Source of the DNA: an uncultured Campylobacter sp.
Lineage (GTDB): Bacteria > Campylobacterota > Campylobacteria > Campylobacterales > Campylobacteraceae
Reading direction: 5' to 3'
NCBI RefSeq assembly: GCF_938041645.1
Contig: NZ_CALIST010000067.1
Coordinates: 4,832-68,831 of the forward strand
DNA: 64,000 bases
A program made the translations under genes and the position numbers. Shown piece after piece: positions 52,229 through 63,390 of this stretch. Below the pieces are notes generated by a model. That model made no database searches. It worked only from the letters and a program-made list of their open reading frames with translations, and was not told the origin of the DNA. Position 1 is the stretch's first letter; each line of letters opens with the position of its first letter.

Positions 52229-52338
52229 AAAATTCCCTTACAAATTAGATTAAGATTTTAGCTAAATTTCGCTAAATTTGCGGTAAATTTAAGTTTATTC
52301 ACTTGTGATTAAGCAGTGAATAAGCGTGAAAGAGGGTT
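52229..52338. other. oriC1 (DnaA-box cluster between dnaA and ruvC)
   Basis: TTATTCACT 52295; reverse boxes TTAATCACA 52304, TTATTCACT 52315, TCTTTCACG 52325. Confidence 0.75.
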
Positions 52339-52818
52339 ATGAAAATTTTAGGAATTGATCCCGGAACTAGAAATTTAGGCTATGCGATTTTGGAAAAAGA
52401 CGTGAATAAAATCACTCTCATAGAGGCAGGACTTGTGAAAATGAAGGCCGAAAACGTGCAATTTCAAATGACGCAGATGAGTGAGGCGATCGATCAAATT
52501 TTCAGTGCTCATGAGATCGATGAGGTCGCGATAGAATCGATGTTTTATGCCTATAATCCGCAGTCTGTTTTAAAGCTCGCTCAGTTTCGCGGCGCGCTAG
52601 CCCTTAAAATTTTACAAATTTTTGGAAATTTTGCCGAATACACGCCGCTTCAGATAAAAAAATCGGTCACGGGCAAAGCAAAGGCGGCGAAGGAGCAGGT
52701 TGCGTTCATGGTGAAGCGGATCTTGGGGATTAATAAGGAGATTAAGCCGCTTGATATTACGGATGCTATAGCTATCGCGCTTACGCATGCAAATGTTATG
52801 CGCTTAGCGCCTAAATAG
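52339..52818 (+). CDS. ruvC: Holliday junction resolvase
   Basis: [33 protein letters not shown]. Confidence 0.96.
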   Translation: MKILGIDPGTRNLGYAILEKDVNKITLIEAGLVKMKAENVQFQMTQMSEAIDQIFSAHEIDEVAIESMFYAYNPQSVLKLAQFRGALALKILQIFGNFAEYTPLQIKKSVTGKAKAAKEQVAFMVKRILGINKEIKPLDITDAIAIALTHANVMRLAPK

Positions 52819-52826
52819 GAGGTTTT

Positions 52827-53633
52827 ATGAAAATCGCTATTTTGCAAATGGACGTGAAAATGGCTCAAAATTTTGCAGATTGTGAGCAAAATTTTATCCG
52901 TGCGCGCGGGCTGATCGATCGCGCGTTAAAACGCGGCGCGGACGTAGCGGTGCTGCCGGAAGCCTTTAATACGGGCTTCAATACGGCTAAATTTAAAGAG
53001 CTAGCTGATACGAACGCTACTCATACAAAAAAATTTTTAAACGAAATTTCGCGAAAAAGCTGCGCTATTTTAATAGGCGGATCGATAAGTTCCGAGCGAG
53101 ATAAAATTTATAATTCCGCTTTCGTTTATCAAAACGGAGCCGAAATTTTACGCTACGACAAGATCCACGCCTTCTCGCTCGCTCGCGAAAATGAGATCGT
53201 AAGTGGCGGCGATAGGTTAGGAATTTGCGAGATAAAATTTCAAAATCGCGCGTTCAAAATCGGCGTCGCGGTCTGCTACGATCTGCGCTTTTGTGAAATT
53301 TTTCGTGCCTTAGCGCTTCGCGGTGCGCAGATTGTTTTTGTGATCGCGCAGTTCGCGCAAAGCCGCATAGAGCATTTTATCACGCTTGCGAAAGCCCGCG
53401 CGATCGAAAATCAAATTTTTATCTGCGCGGTAAACGGCTGCGGCGATACGGGGCAGGGCGAGAGTTTCGGCGGAAATTCCATGCTGATAAATCCCTACGG
53501 CGAGATCGTCGCGCGCCTAGGCAAAAAAGAGGCCGTGAAGATTGCTCGAGCGGATTTAAATGAAATTTTAAAATTTCGCGCTAAAATGGATCTTTTAAAA
53601 GATATGAAACCTGAAATTTATAAGGAGTTTTGA
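52827..53633 (+). CDS. carbon-nitrogen hydrolase (nitrilase superfamily amidase)
   Basis: E-K-C triad: LPE, YDKIH, VCYDLRF; ARAIENQ. Confidence 0.9.
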   Translation: MKIAILQMDVKMAQNFADCEQNFIRARGLIDRALKRGADVAVLPEAFNTGFNTAKFKELADTNATHTKKFLNEISRKSCAILIGGSISSERDKIYNSAFVYQNGAEILRYDKIHAFSLARENEIVSGGDRLGICEIKFQNRAFKIGVAVCYDLRFCEIFRALALRGAQIVFVIAQFAQSRIEHFITLAKARAIENQIFICAVNGCGDTGQGESFGGNSMLINPYGEIVARLGKKEAVKIARADLNEILKFRAKMDLLKDMKPEIYKEF

Positions 53634-54160
53634 TGAAAACTTTGGTATTTGTGATCGATATGCTAAACGGCTTCGTAAAATTCGGCGCGATGGCCGATCC
53701 TAGCATAGCAAAGATCGCTCCTGCGGTGATTAGGCAGATAGAGGCGGCTAAAAATGTGCATTTCATCTGCGACGCTCACACCGAGCGGGATTTGGAGATG
53801 AAGCGCTATCCGGCTCACTGCCTAGTTGGCTCGCCAGAAGCGGAGGTGATCGAGGAGCTCGCACACTTCGTAAGCGAGCAAAACGTTACTTTTAAGCGTA
53901 GCACGAACGGCTTTCATAATTTGGATAAGAAAATTCTGGGCGGCTTCGATCGTTTCGTGATTACGGGCTGTTGCACCGATATCTGCGTGATGCAGTTTGC
54001 GCTTAGCCTGCGCACCTATCTCAACGAAATTGGCGCCGATAAAGACGTCGTCGTTCCGCGAGGTGCGGTAGCTACCTACGATGCGCCGAACCATGAGCGC
54101 GGCTACTACGACGAATGTGCGCTAAGCTTAATGCAAAATGCGGGTATTTTGGTGATTTAA
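53633..54160 (+). CDS. isochorismatase-family cysteine hydrolase (nicotinamidase-like)
   Basis: VIDMLNGF, DAH, PAHC, GCCTDICV. Confidence 0.88.
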   Translation: MKTLVFVIDMLNGFVKFGAMADPSIAKIAPAVIRQIEAAKNVHFICDAHTERDLEMKRYPAHCLVGSPEAEVIEELAHFVSEQNVTFKRSTNGFHNLDKKILGGFDRFVITGCCTDICVMQFALSLRTYLNEIGADKDVVVPRGAVATYDAPNHERGYYDECALSLMQNAGILVI

Positions 54161-54316
54161 GCTGTACTTAGATTAAACAGAATTTCAAGCTAAATTTTCT
54201 AGCTTATAAATTTTAAAATTTAGAGCCGCTCTTAAAATTTTGAAATTTTTTGAGCGGTAGAATTTTCAAATTTTGTGTTACTCGTAGAATTTTAAGACTC
54301 TAACCCTTTACGGATT

Positions 54317-55480
54317 TTAGCTTTGTTTTACCGCGACTGCTTTTGCGACGAAAAATCCCACTACTCCGGAAATTATCGAGCCTAAAAATACCGCGAGCTT
54401 GTCCGTGTAATGATACATATCGCTGCCGCCGTATGCGAGGCCATCGACGAAAAGCGCCATCGTAAAGCCGATACCACAGATGATCGCTACTGCGTAAAGC
54501 TGCGGCCAGCCTGCGTTTTCAGGCATGTAGGCGATTTTGGCTTTGATTAAGATCCAGCTAAAGGCAAAAATTCCGATCTGTTTACCGAAAAATAGCCCTA
54601 GCATGATACCCATCGGCACCGGACCGAAAAGGAAGCTAGGACTAATGCCTGCTAGCGAAACGCCTGCGTTTGTAAAGGCAAAGATCGGCAAGATGAAGAA
54701 ATTTACTGGGTAAGCTAGGCCGTGCTCCATATCCTTTAGCATAGAGCCCGAGCGGGTCTTAAGCGGGATGCAAAAGCCCGCAAGCACTCCCGCGATAGTC
54801 GCGTGGATACCGGAGTTTAGTACCATCACCCACAGCACGACGGCCACGATGATAAACGGAAGCTTTTTATCGACGCCAAGTCTGCTCATCGCTAGCATTA
54901 TTGCGACACAGGCAGCTGCGCCGCCTAGATAGATTGCGTTTATGGTAGAGGAATAAAACAAAGCGATGATTAAAATTGCACACAGATCGTCCATTATCGC
55001 AAGCGTTAGGACAAAAATTTTAAGGCTAGCCGGGATTTTTTTGCCCAAAAGTGCCATAACGCCTACAGCAAAGGCTATATCTGTCGCCGTCGGGATTGCC
55101 CAGCCCTTCATCGCGACGGCATCGCCCCAGTTAATGATCGAAAATATAATCGCTGGCATCATTACTCCGCCCAGAGCCGCGAAGCTAGGAAGTAAAATTT
55201 GAGAGAAATGGCGCAGCTGCCCTTCGATTTTTTCGCGCTTAAGCTCAAGTCCAATGGCAAAGAAAAATATCGCCATAAGCACGTCGTTTACTAAAAAATG
55301 CATCGATTCGTCAAGTTTCGCAGAACCCACACCTATGGTGAAGCTTAGATGTAAAAATGCTTCGTAATATTTCGATAAAAATTCTACGTTTTGAGCGATG
55401 ATCGCAAGGACTGCGGATAAAAGTAGTATGATTCCCGCGCTACTTTCGCTTGATAAAATTTTCTTAATGATATGTTGCAC
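54317..55480 (-). CDS. nhaA: Na+/H+ antiporter
   Basis: GLELKRE, GWAIPTATDIAF, LAIMDD, GKQIG, GIGFTMA. Confidence 0.95.
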   Translation of the reverse strand: MQHIIKKILSSESSAGIILLLSAVLAIIAQNVEFLSKYYEAFLHLSFTIGVGSAKLDESMHFLVNDVLMAIFFFAIGLELKREKIEGQLRHFSQILLPSFAALGGVMMPAIIFSIINWGDAVAMKGWAIPTATDIAFAVGVMALLGKKIPASLKIFVLTLAIMDDLCAILIIALFYSSTINAIYLGGAAACVAIMLAMSRLGVDKKLPFIIVAVVLWVMVLNSGIHATIAGVLAGFCIPLKTRSGSMLKDMEHGLAYPVNFFILPIFAFTNAGVSLAGISPSFLFGPVPMGIMLGLFFGKQIGIFAFSWILIKAKIAYMPENAGWPQLYAVAIICGIGFTMALFVDGLAYGGSDMYHYTDKLAVFLGSIISGVVGFFVAKAVAVKQS

Positions 55481-55545
55481 ATGCTTCCTTTAAAAATTTT
55501 GCCTTAATTTTATGCAAATTTTAATTAAATTTTTATCAAAACGGG

Positions 55546-55986
55546 CTAGTTGCTCGGTAAATTCGGCATTATTAGCATTGCATAAAGTATTATAAACATT
55601 ATGATCGTAGGGCCTTCGTTGATCGCACGGAAGTATTTTCCGCTCCTGTGACACTCGTTTTTTTCAAATTTATACATATAATAATACAGCCACAAATGAT
55701 AACAGATTAGCAAAACTCCGGCTAGTAATTTTATATGAAAATATCCCATTTTCATAAGCCCCGGATTTAAAATGATAAGCATCACGCCGCTAAAAACCGT
55801 CACCGCCATTGCTATCCAGCCGATCGCGTGATAGAGCATCCGCTCCATCTTTTTAACGACCTTTACGAAATCCGGCTTGTCTAAATTTTCAGCGTGATAT
55901 ACATACAGACGTGGCATGTAAAACAGCATCGCCATCCATGAAATAAAGCCCGCAAAATGGACAAATTTAAACCAATAGTAACTCAT
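55546..55986 (-). CDS. hemJ: protoporphyrinogen oxidase HemJ
   Basis: K..H....SWMA.LFYMPRLYVYH, MERML, FRAINE.P. Confidence 0.88.
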   Translation of the reverse strand: MSYYWFKFVHFAGFISWMAMLFYMPRLYVYHAENLDKPDFVKVVKKMERMLYHAIGWIAMAVTVFSGVMLIILNPGLMKMGYFHIKLLAGVLLICYHLWLYYYMYKFEKNECHRSGKYFRAINEGPTIIMFIILYAMLIMPNLPSN

Positions 55987-55996
55987 TTTAGCCTCC

Positions 55997-56389
55997 TTAA
56001 TCTCTCATTAAAATTTCTTTTCGAGCTTCGAATTCCTCTTTAGAAATCGCGCCTTTTTGATACAGCTCAAAGAGCGCATCGACTTTTTTTAGACGCCCCT
56101 CGTAGTCGTCTTCCTCCGTCTCACTTACAAAAGCATTTAAATCTTCCACCCAAATTCCTACGAAAAATATATCCAGCAAAATCCAAATTCCCCAAATCGC
56201 CCAAAACAAAAAGCCCACTAAAAACCACAGCGTAAAACTTCCCAGCCAAAATAGCGCGATTTGAGCAAATCCGCTGATAAATTTGCCGCAATAAATTCTA
56301 TGCAGTCCGCCACCGATCGGCATAGCTGCGACCCACGAAAACGCACCTAAAAACCAAAGCGCGTAAGCGATGTAATTATTTCTCTTCAT
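55997..56389 (-). CDS. TM2/NINE protein with a C-terminal SHOCT-like domain
   Basis: IAYALW, GLHRIYCG, LYQKGAISKEEFEARK. Confidence 0.8.
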   Translation of the reverse strand: MKRNNYIAYALWFLGAFSWVAAMPIGGGLHRIYCGKFISGFAQIALFWLGSFTLWFLVGFLFWAIWGIWILLDIFFVGIWVEDLNAFVSETEEDDYEGRLKKVDALFELYQKGAISKEEFEARKEILMRD

Positions 56390-56837
56390 TTTTCTCCTTT
56401 TTTGCGGTGCGTAAGCCCTGAAAAATAAAAATCACGACAGCCAGATCTATCATCACGTCGGCGAAATTAAACACCGCGAACTCAAACCACTTATGCCATG
56501 CGACGTAATCGACCACGCCGCCGCGAATGAAGCGATCAAGTAAATTTGAGCAGCCTCCCGCGAGCATCAGCGCAAACGGCGCCCAGTGCTCGCAAAAAAG
56601 CTTTTTATGACAAAATACATACGCCGCAAGCGCCGAGATCAGCGCGATCTGGATAAATTTTAAATTTTCGCCCAAAAAGGCAAACATCGAAAACGCAACG
56701 CCGCGATTAAGCGTAAGCTCTAGCGAAAAAAACTCTCCTTGCCACGAAAAGCCGTTTAAAAACAGAAGTTTGATCGCTTGATCGATCGCAAAGATCGCCG
56801 CAAAAAGCAGGATAAATTTAATACAGGTCTTAGCCAT
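56376..56837 (-). CDS. lspA: lipoprotein signal peptidase II
   Basis: DQAIK, NRGVAFS, NLLDR, VVDY, FNFAD. Confidence 0.95.
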   Translation of the reverse strand: MAKTCIKFILLFAAIFAIDQAIKLLFLNGFSWQGEFFSLELTLNRGVAFSMFAFLGENLKFIQIALISALAAYVFCHKKLFCEHWAPFALMLAGGCSNLLDRFIRGGVVDYVAWHKWFEFAVFNFADVMIDLAVVIFIFQGLRTAKKEKNEEK

Positions 56838-56935
56838 CTCGCAGCCTAAATTTAAATATGTAAAGCCTGCATTTTTTGTCCGCGCCTTTTGTATCGAGCC
56901 ATGAGCTTGCCGCGCCGTAAAATTTTATAAAATCG

Positions 56936-58276
56936 CTATTCATTTAGGGCTTTGGCAAAAAATTTCTCGACCTCGTCCATTCGCTTTTGCAGCAGTTTTT
57001 CGTTTTTGCCCTCGATTAAGAGGCGGATAACGTTTTCGGTGCCGGAGTAGCGGAAGAGTGAGCGGATTTTGTCCGCTTTAAGGCTTGCTTCAAGCTCCTT
57101 TAGCCCTTTTAATTTTTCAAGCGGCTTTTTATCCGCGATCTTTAAATTTCGTAAAATTTGAGGATACGGCTTAATCATCCCCGAAAATTCGCTTGCCTTC
57201 TTTTTCATATCCAGCATGCAGGCGGCGAATTGCAGCGCGCTTGCGATGCCGTCGCCCGTTTTAGCGTAATCGCCGAAGATCACGTGCCCGCTCTGCTCGC
57301 CGCCGAAATTTGCGCCTAGTTCATGCATCGTCTCAAGTACGAATTTATCGCCTACATTGCAGCGATGAAGCGCGATGTCGTGTTTAGCTAAAAAATCCTC
57401 CAGCGCAGAATTACTCATCACTGTGGCTACCATTTTATTGCCTGCTAAGCGATTTTTTCCTTTCAAATAGACCGCTAAAATTCCAAGTAGCGCGTCGCCG
57501 TGGATGATCTCGCCGTTTTCGTCCACGACTACGAGCCTATCAGCATCCCCGTCGAAGGCAAAGCCGACATCGGCGCGTAATCTTTTGACCTCCGAGGCTA
57601 AATTTTGCGGGCTTAGTGCGCCGCAAGCATCATTAATATTTTTGCCGTTAGGCTCGTCGCCGATGACGATCGTTTCGGCTCCCAGTTCATTAAATACGGT
57701 AGGTGCGACCCTGTAGCTTGCTCCGTTTGCGCAATCAAGCACCACGCGAAGCCCGTGTAGCGTCTTTTGCTTCGGGAAGGAATTTTTAATATGCACGATG
57801 TATCTGCCGATGACGTCGTCCACGCGCTTTGCAGCGCCTATTTGCATCATTTTGGTGCGCGCTTCGGCGATTAGATCGTCGCTGAAATAAATTTTTTCGA
57901 TCTGCGCTTCCTCTTTTTCGTCGAGTTTGAAGCCCTCGCTGTTGAAAAATTTAATGCCGTTGTCGTAGTATGGATTGTGGCTCGCGCTTATCATGATGCC
58001 TGCATCGCAGCGCATATCCTCCGTAAGAAAGGCAATCGCAGGAGTAGGCATCGGTCCGATCTGGCGGACGTTGTAGCCCACCGAGGTAAGGCCTGCTACG
58101 ATCGCTGTTTCTATCATATAGCCGCTTCTGCGGGTGTCTTTGCCGACTAAGATCATATTCGTAACGGAATTTTTCCTAAAGTAAATCCCCGCCGCCATTG
58201 CTACGCGCATTGCAAGCTCGGCGGTTAGAAATTCTCCCGCTTTACCGCGTACGCCGTCCGTTCCGAAAAGTTTCAT
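56936..58276 (-). CDS. glmM: phosphoglucosamine mutase
   Basis: [33 protein letters not shown]. Confidence 0.96.
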   Translation of the reverse strand: MKLFGTDGVRGKAGEFLTAELAMRVAMAAGIYFRKNSVTNMILVGKDTRRSGYMIETAIVAGLTSVGYNVRQIGPMPTPAIAFLTEDMRCDAGIMISASHNPYYDNGIKFFNSEGFKLDEKEEAQIEKIYFSDDLIAEARTKMMQIGAAKRVDDVIGRYIVHIKNSFPKQKTLHGLRVVLDCANGASYRVAPTVFNELGAETIVIGDEPNGKNINDACGALSPQNLASEVKRLRADVGFAFDGDADRLVVVDENGEIIHGDALLGILAVYLKGKNRLAGNKMVATVMSNSALEDFLAKHDIALHRCNVGDKFVLETMHELGANFGGEQSGHVIFGDYAKTGDGIASALQFAACMLDMKKKASEFSGMIKPYPQILRNLKIADKKPLEKLKGLKELEASLKADKIRSLFRYSGTENVIRLLIEGKNEKLLQKRMDEVEKFFAKALNE

Positions 58277-58428
58277 TATCAAATCCTTATATAAAAATCG
58301 GGAAATTCTACCAAAAAAAGTTTAATCTACATAAATTTAAACTATATTTAAATTTTACTTAAATTAAGCGTCGATTAAATATTTTTTACGTATAATCGCA
58401 GGTTCAAATTTAACCGAAAAGGAACATT

Positions 58429-58701
58429 ATGGCAAATCACAAATCCGCCGAAAAACGCGCGAGACAAACCATAAAAAGAACGGAGCGAAATAGATTTTAT
58501 CGCACCAGAGTAAAAAATATCACAAAAGCCGTAAGAGAGGCGGTCGAGAGCAAGGATCTAGACGCAGCGACTCAGGCTCTAAAAACGGCTAATGAAAGCT
58601 TTCACAGCTTCGTAAGCAGGGGCTTTTTGAAAAAACAGACCGCGAGCAGAAAAGTAAGCCGCCTAGCCAAACTCGTAAATTCTTTAAAAACCGCCGCGTA
58701 A
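58429..58701 (+). CDS. rpsT: 30S ribosomal protein S20
   Basis: [19 protein letters not shown]. Confidence 0.96.
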   Translation: MANHKSAEKRARQTIKRTERNRFYRTRVKNITKAVREAVESKDLDAATQALKTANESFHSFVSRGFLKKQTASRKVSRLAKLVNSLKTAA

Positions 58702-58725
58702 GCGCTACTTACGCATAAAATTTAA

Positions 58726-59793
58726 ATGCTAGCCGATAAACTAAAGCCTTTTTTGGATCGCTACGACGAGCTTTCGCGCATGCTTAGCGATCCCGCAGTT
58801 ACCGCAGATATCGCTAATATGACAGCGCTATCTAAGGAGCAGCGCAGTATCGAGCCGATCAAAGAGGCGGCTAGCGAGTATCTTAAAATTTTAAATCAGA
58901 TCGAAGAGAACAAAGCTCTGCTAAGCGATGCCGATCTCGGCGAGCTAGCCAAAGAGGAGCTTAAAAGCTTAGAGATGCAAAAGCCGCAGCTCGAAGAAAA
59001 AATCAAAATTTTACTGCTTCCGAAAGACCCTAACGACGATAAGAATATCTTTCTTGAGATTCGCGCCGGTACGGGCGGCGACGAAGCGGCGCTGTTTGCG
59101 GGAGATCTGCTCGGCGCGTATCTGCGCTATGCCGATCTTCGCGGTTATAAATGCGAGATCGTAAGCACTAGCGAAGGCAGCGTCGGCGGTTATAAAGAAG
59201 CGATCTTGCTCGTAAAGGGCGCGGGAGCGTATTCGCGGCTGAAATTTGAAGGCGGCACCCACCGCGTGCAGCGCGTCCCCGAAACGGAGAGCCAGGGCAG
59301 GGTGCATACCTCTGCAATCACCGTCGCCGTCATGCCCGAGATCGAGGATAGCGAGATACAGATCAATCCAAATGACCTTCGCATCGACGTTATGCGTAGC
59401 TCCGGACACGGTGGACAGTCCGTAAATACCACCGACAGCGCCGTCCGCATCACTCACATCCCGACCGGCTTAGTCGTCACCAACCAAGACGGTAAGGACC
59501 AGCACAAAAACAAAGAGGCGGCGATGAAGGTGCTAAAGGCGCGCCTTTACGATATGCAGGAGCAGGAGCGCTTAGAAAAAGAGCGCAAAGATCGCAAGGA
59601 TCAGGTAGGCACCGGCGACCGCTCGGGGCGAATTCGTACCTACAACTATCCGCAAAACCGCATCAGCGACCACCGCATAAATTTAACTCTCTACCGCCTC
59701 GACGCGATAATGGCAGGGGGCTTGTTCGACGAGATCATCGATCCGCTCATAGCGCACTCTCAAGCCGAAGCGATCGCAAATGCGGGCTATTAA
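58726..59793 (+). CDS. prfA: peptide chain release factor 1
   Basis: [11 protein letters not shown] motif, GGQ, RTYNYPQ. Confidence 0.96.
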   Translation: MLADKLKPFLDRYDELSRMLSDPAVTADIANMTALSKEQRSIEPIKEAASEYLKILNQIEENKALLSDADLGELAKEELKSLEMQKPQLEEKIKILLLPKDPNDDKNIFLEIRAGTGGDEAALFAGDLLGAYLRYADLRGYKCEIVSTSEGSVGGYKEAILLVKGAGAYSRLKFEGGTHRVQRVPETESQGRVHTSAITVAVMPEIEDSEIQINPNDLRIDVMRSSGHGGQSVNTTDSAVRITHIPTGLVVTNQDGKDQHKNKEAAMKVLKARLYDMQEQERLEKERKDRKDQVGTGDRSGRIRTYNYPQNRISDHRINLTLYRLDAIMAGGLFDEIIDPLIAHSQAEAIANAGY

Positions 59794-59804
59794 GCCTTTT
59801 AAAT

Positions 59805-60293
59805 TTAGACCTTGCAGCTGCCCGCTTTACCGAATTTTGCCTCAATTAAAAGTACCAAGATGAAGAAAATTTTTTCGTCGTTAAACTTCGCAAGCTCGCG
59901 CAGGCCTTGATCTGCGCTTACAAGCTTGATGCCGTTCGATTTCAAAATCTCAGCGAGCTCGTCCGGCTCAAAGCCCATTTTACCAGCGATCTCTCTAATA
60001 TTATAGGACTCGATCGCGCCTATGATGCGATCCATATTACAAAAGCCGGGATTTTTGCGGCTCAAAACCACGTCCAAAAACTCGCCCCAGAGCTTTACGA
60101 GCTTCTTTCGCCTTGTGATTATATGCAAGATCGCGACGCAAAGCAGACCCAATCCCGCGATCTTATGCAGGCTCATCCACGCCTCGTCATATTCGCCGCG
60201 CGCAAAGTAGGCGCCCGAAAAACCCAAAATGCAAAGCGCGCAGCCTAGTAACACGATGAGCGCAAATTTATAAACAATCCCCGCTTTAAGCAT
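59805..60293 (-). CDS. small membrane protein with a His pair in a TM helix (DUF4405/cytochrome b-like)
   Basis: AAGGAG RBS; GFSG...WMSLHKIAG...AILH, then a helical C-terminal domain. Confidence 0.55.
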   Translation of the reverse strand: MLKAGIVYKFALIVLLGCALCILGFSGAYFARGEYDEAWMSLHKIAGLGLLCVAILHIITRRKKLVKLWGEFLDVVLSRKNPGFCNMDRIIGAIESYNIREIAGKMGFEPDELAEILKSNGIKLVSADQGLRELAKFNDEKIFFILVLLIEAKFGKAGSCKV

Positions 60294-61159
60294 AAAATCT
60301 CCTTGCTTCGTTTTTAAAATTTATCGGCTTAGGCGTAGCGCACGCGAACGCTACGGCGGCGTTATGTCTCGTCGGTCGCCGCTATCGTATCGCCTCGGCG
60401 TTATTGCGCCACCCGCACCGCTGTTTCACTTATACGCTCCGCGGGTCGCCATCATCGTATCGCTGTTTGCGCTACTTGCACTGCGTCTTACCTACATACG
60501 CATCCTGTCGATCGCGGTTGCCATATTGCGGCATTTTATGCTGTCGTCGCCGCAATCACGCCGCGCCGTCTTGTGCTGCCGATCCGCCGTCACGGCCGTG
60601 CTGTTCGCTTCGATCGTAGCGCCGTTACGATGATGATTTGCCCGAGCGAAGGTTATGTCATACGGCGCCGAGTAGGTACGTATCGCCGCTCCGCTTCTCG
60701 ATCACGGCGTGCCGTCTGCGCCGCCGATGTGTTATACACGCCATCCGACGCGCTACCGACTTATTGCGACGCCCACGCATCGCGCCGCTTACGTAGCCTG
60801 CTCATTTAGCAAGTCGTTACGCTACCGATCGCGGCTCGGTTTAAAATTTTATTTAGGCGCCGTCTTCTTGGCAGATCATCTCGCGTTTAAATTTTGCCGA
60901 CTTAATTTCGCGCAAAATCGCGATCGCACGCCGTCTACCGACCTCCAAGCCGCTTGCCGCGCCGTAGCGCTTGCCCCGCCGCCTACTGCGTGCGAGCGCC
61001 TAGCCGCGCGGGTGCTGACGCCCATGTATGCGAACGCTTAGCGCCTCGGCCAAATTTTATCGCCGCTTAATATAAATGAGTAATTTTAATAAATCTGGAT
61101 TTAAAAAGATATGGATTTAAAGGCGAAATCCCTGCGACGTGAAATTTAAACAATAAAAT

Positions 61160-63049
61160 TTAAAGCTCTATCGTCCGCTCGAATATATCCTCAAGCCCCG
61201 TTTGATGCACGATCGCTAGCATGCCGAGCCTCGGCAGATCCGCGCGCAGACCCAGTAGCAGCTCGCGCGCCGAGGCGAGATCGAGCGCAGACGTGATCTC
61301 GTCTGCGAAAACAAAGCTCGGCTTGTGGTAGCGTATCCGTGCGAAACTAAGCCGCTGCGCCTCCCCGCCGCTTAAAATTTTAACGTAATCGGCACGCGAG
61401 TTTAGCATGCGGGCAAATTTTTCAAGCCCTACGCTGCGTAAAATTTCTAAAAATTCCGCATCGTCTGCGCGCGGCGGCTGCGGATAGCAGATGAGCTCTT
61501 TTAGGCTAAGCGGCGCCAGATAGGGCTTTTGCGGGATAAACATCACGCCCGTGCGCGGCAGGCTGATCTCGCCGCAGCCGTATCGCCAAAGCCCCGCCGC
61601 GTAGCGCAGAGCCGTGCTTTTGCCCGCGCCGCTCTTGCCCCGCAGCATTATAAACTGTGCGGGCGCAAGTTCGAAGCGTAGATCCTCGATCAGCGGCTCG
61701 CCCGCAGGCGTGAAGACCGACAAGCCCTCGCAACGAGCAGAATTTTCGTCGCTTTGTTTGACGCAAGCACGCAGATTTGCACTCTCGCCGTCCATGCGCG
61801 AGATGAACTCATAGATCCTCTGCACGCTCGCCGCCCACTCCATGATCTGCTTATAATAGTCCATAAACCACGCAAATCCGTCCTGCACGCTGTAAAACGC
61901 CGAGCGCGCCTGCATCATATCGCCGAAGCTCATCGCGCGCGACAAATACAGCGGCAAGCAGGCAAAGATCGGGATTAAATTCGTGATTTTTAGGTAGCTT
62001 GCCGAAAAGCATTCGAGGCGAAATTCCGTATTCATGATGCTGCGCCAGTTTCTCATAATCTCGCTGAAGCTCGCGCGGAAGCGGCCGCGCTCGGCATCCT
62101 CTCCGCGCATAAACGCTACGGCTTCTGCGTTTTCGCGCACGAGCAACAGATCCGAGCGGTAGTCGGCTTCAGCGCGCTGCTTGGCGAAATTTAGCCCCCT
62201 AAGCCTGCGCCCGATGAGATGCGTGATCAGCGAGCAAAGCAGCGTATAAAGGAGCGCGACGTAGAGCAAAAAGCCTTCGATCTCAAAGTGCATGCCGAAA
62301 ATTTCAAATTTCAACACCTTCGAGACCTGCCACAAGATCGCAACGAAGGCGATGAGCTTGGCGAGATTGTAGACGAGCGATTTTACGAGATCGACGCTTT
62401 TTTGCACGAGCAGCAGGCTGTCCTCGGCGATACGCTGATCGGGGTTGTCTAGCTTTGCGATCGTTTTTGAAATTTCACGATCTGCGCGAGTTTTAGATGA
62501 AATTTCATTCTCGCTTGCGCCGCTTTGCCCCGCCGCATTTTGCTTTGCCGCACTCGGTAAAATTTCAAGCCTCTTTGCGTCTCTATGCAAAACCGCGCTG
62601 TTCGCCTCAGCTGCGGAATACTCTGAGCGCTCGTTTAAATTTGCGTCGCCAGGTTTTTCTAAATTTGATCCGCCCCTGGCGCTGAAATTCCCCTCAAGGC
62701 TCGTGCGGTAGAAGTTTGCGTTATGTAGCCATTTGCGCTCCATCATCGCGCTTAGCCGCTCGCGCCAGACGATTACGAGCAGTTTGCGAAACCAGTTGCC
62801 GCAGACGATGAAAAGCACGATGAGCGCCGTGTAGAGCAAAAACTCGCCCACGAGCGCGGGGATCAGCTCGCCTTTAAGCTCGCTTAGCGCGTCGTAAAAG
62901 CGCTTATCCCACGCGTTCATCAGCACGCTGATTTTGATGATAGCGAGGCTAAAACCAAGCGCGAGCAGCAGCAGCGCCCACAGCTTCGCCGCCCCCTCGC
63001 CGAACCAGTGCGGACGTAGAATTTCAAAAAATTGCTTTAGCGTTTTCAA
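61160..63049 (-). CDS. YddA/SbmA-BacA-like fused ABC transporter
   Basis: W...FYDAL, DNPDQRIAED, EADYR, GKSGAGKS, PQKPY, LSGGEAQR, DEITSALD. Confidence 0.88.
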   Translation of the reverse strand: MKTLKQFFEILRPHWFGEGAAKLWALLLLALGFSLAIIKISVLMNAWDKRFYDALSELKGELIPALVGEFLLYTALIVLFIVCGNWFRKLLVIVWRERLSAMMERKWLHNANFYRTSLEGNFSARGGSNLEKPGDANLNERSEYSAAEANSAVLHRDAKRLEILPSAAKQNAAGQSGASENEISSKTRADREISKTIAKLDNPDQRIAEDSLLLVQKSVDLVKSLVYNLAKLIAFVAILWQVSKVLKFEIFGMHFEIEGFLLYVALLYTLLCSLITHLIGRRLRGLNFAKQRAEADYRSDLLLVRENAEAVAFMRGEDAERGRFRASFSEIMRNWRSIMNTEFRLECFSASYLKITNLIPIFACLPLYLSRAMSFGDMMQARSAFYSVQDGFAWFMDYYKQIMEWAASVQRIYEFISRMDGESANLRACVKQSDENSARCEGLSVFTPAGEPLIEDLRFELAPAQFIMLRGKSGAGKSTALRYAAGLWRYGCGEISLPRTGVMFIPQKPYLAPLSLKELICYPQPPRADDAEFLEILRSVGLEKFARMLNSRADYVKILSGGEAQRLSFARIRYHKPSFVFADEITSALDLASARELLLGLRADLPRLGMLAIVHQTGLEDIFERTIEL

Positions 63050-63390
63050 ATTTTCTCTTTAAATTTTAAAATTTAGCGCCGGTTGTAGTGAAATTTCTCG
63101 GGATTAAATTTGATCCCGCGACCTCGCGAGCGGATTTTATACTCACAAGTCTGCGCGTTTAATTCGCTCGGAATTTCGCGAAATTAAATTTATCGCCCCT
63201 GCCCGCGATCGCCCGGATCGCCCGCGCTAATCAATCGTTAATCAATCAAATCGCGAGCTAAATTTTAATCCCGCGGCTTCGTTTAAATTTTACCCGTCTC
63301 GCTACGTGCTACTTGCGACAAAGCTTAGCCTCTCGCTTCTGCGCCCACCTCATCCGCGCCCTTATAAAGCGCGTAATTATATATGATCGC

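Noticed and set aside
60364..61041. four overlapping + strand ORFs
   Set aside because: Arg/Ala/Pro-rich translations of low-complexity DNA without RBS or motifs.
62450..62701. intein in the ABC transporter
   Set aside because: No C-terminal HN followed by C/S/T, too short and low-complexity.
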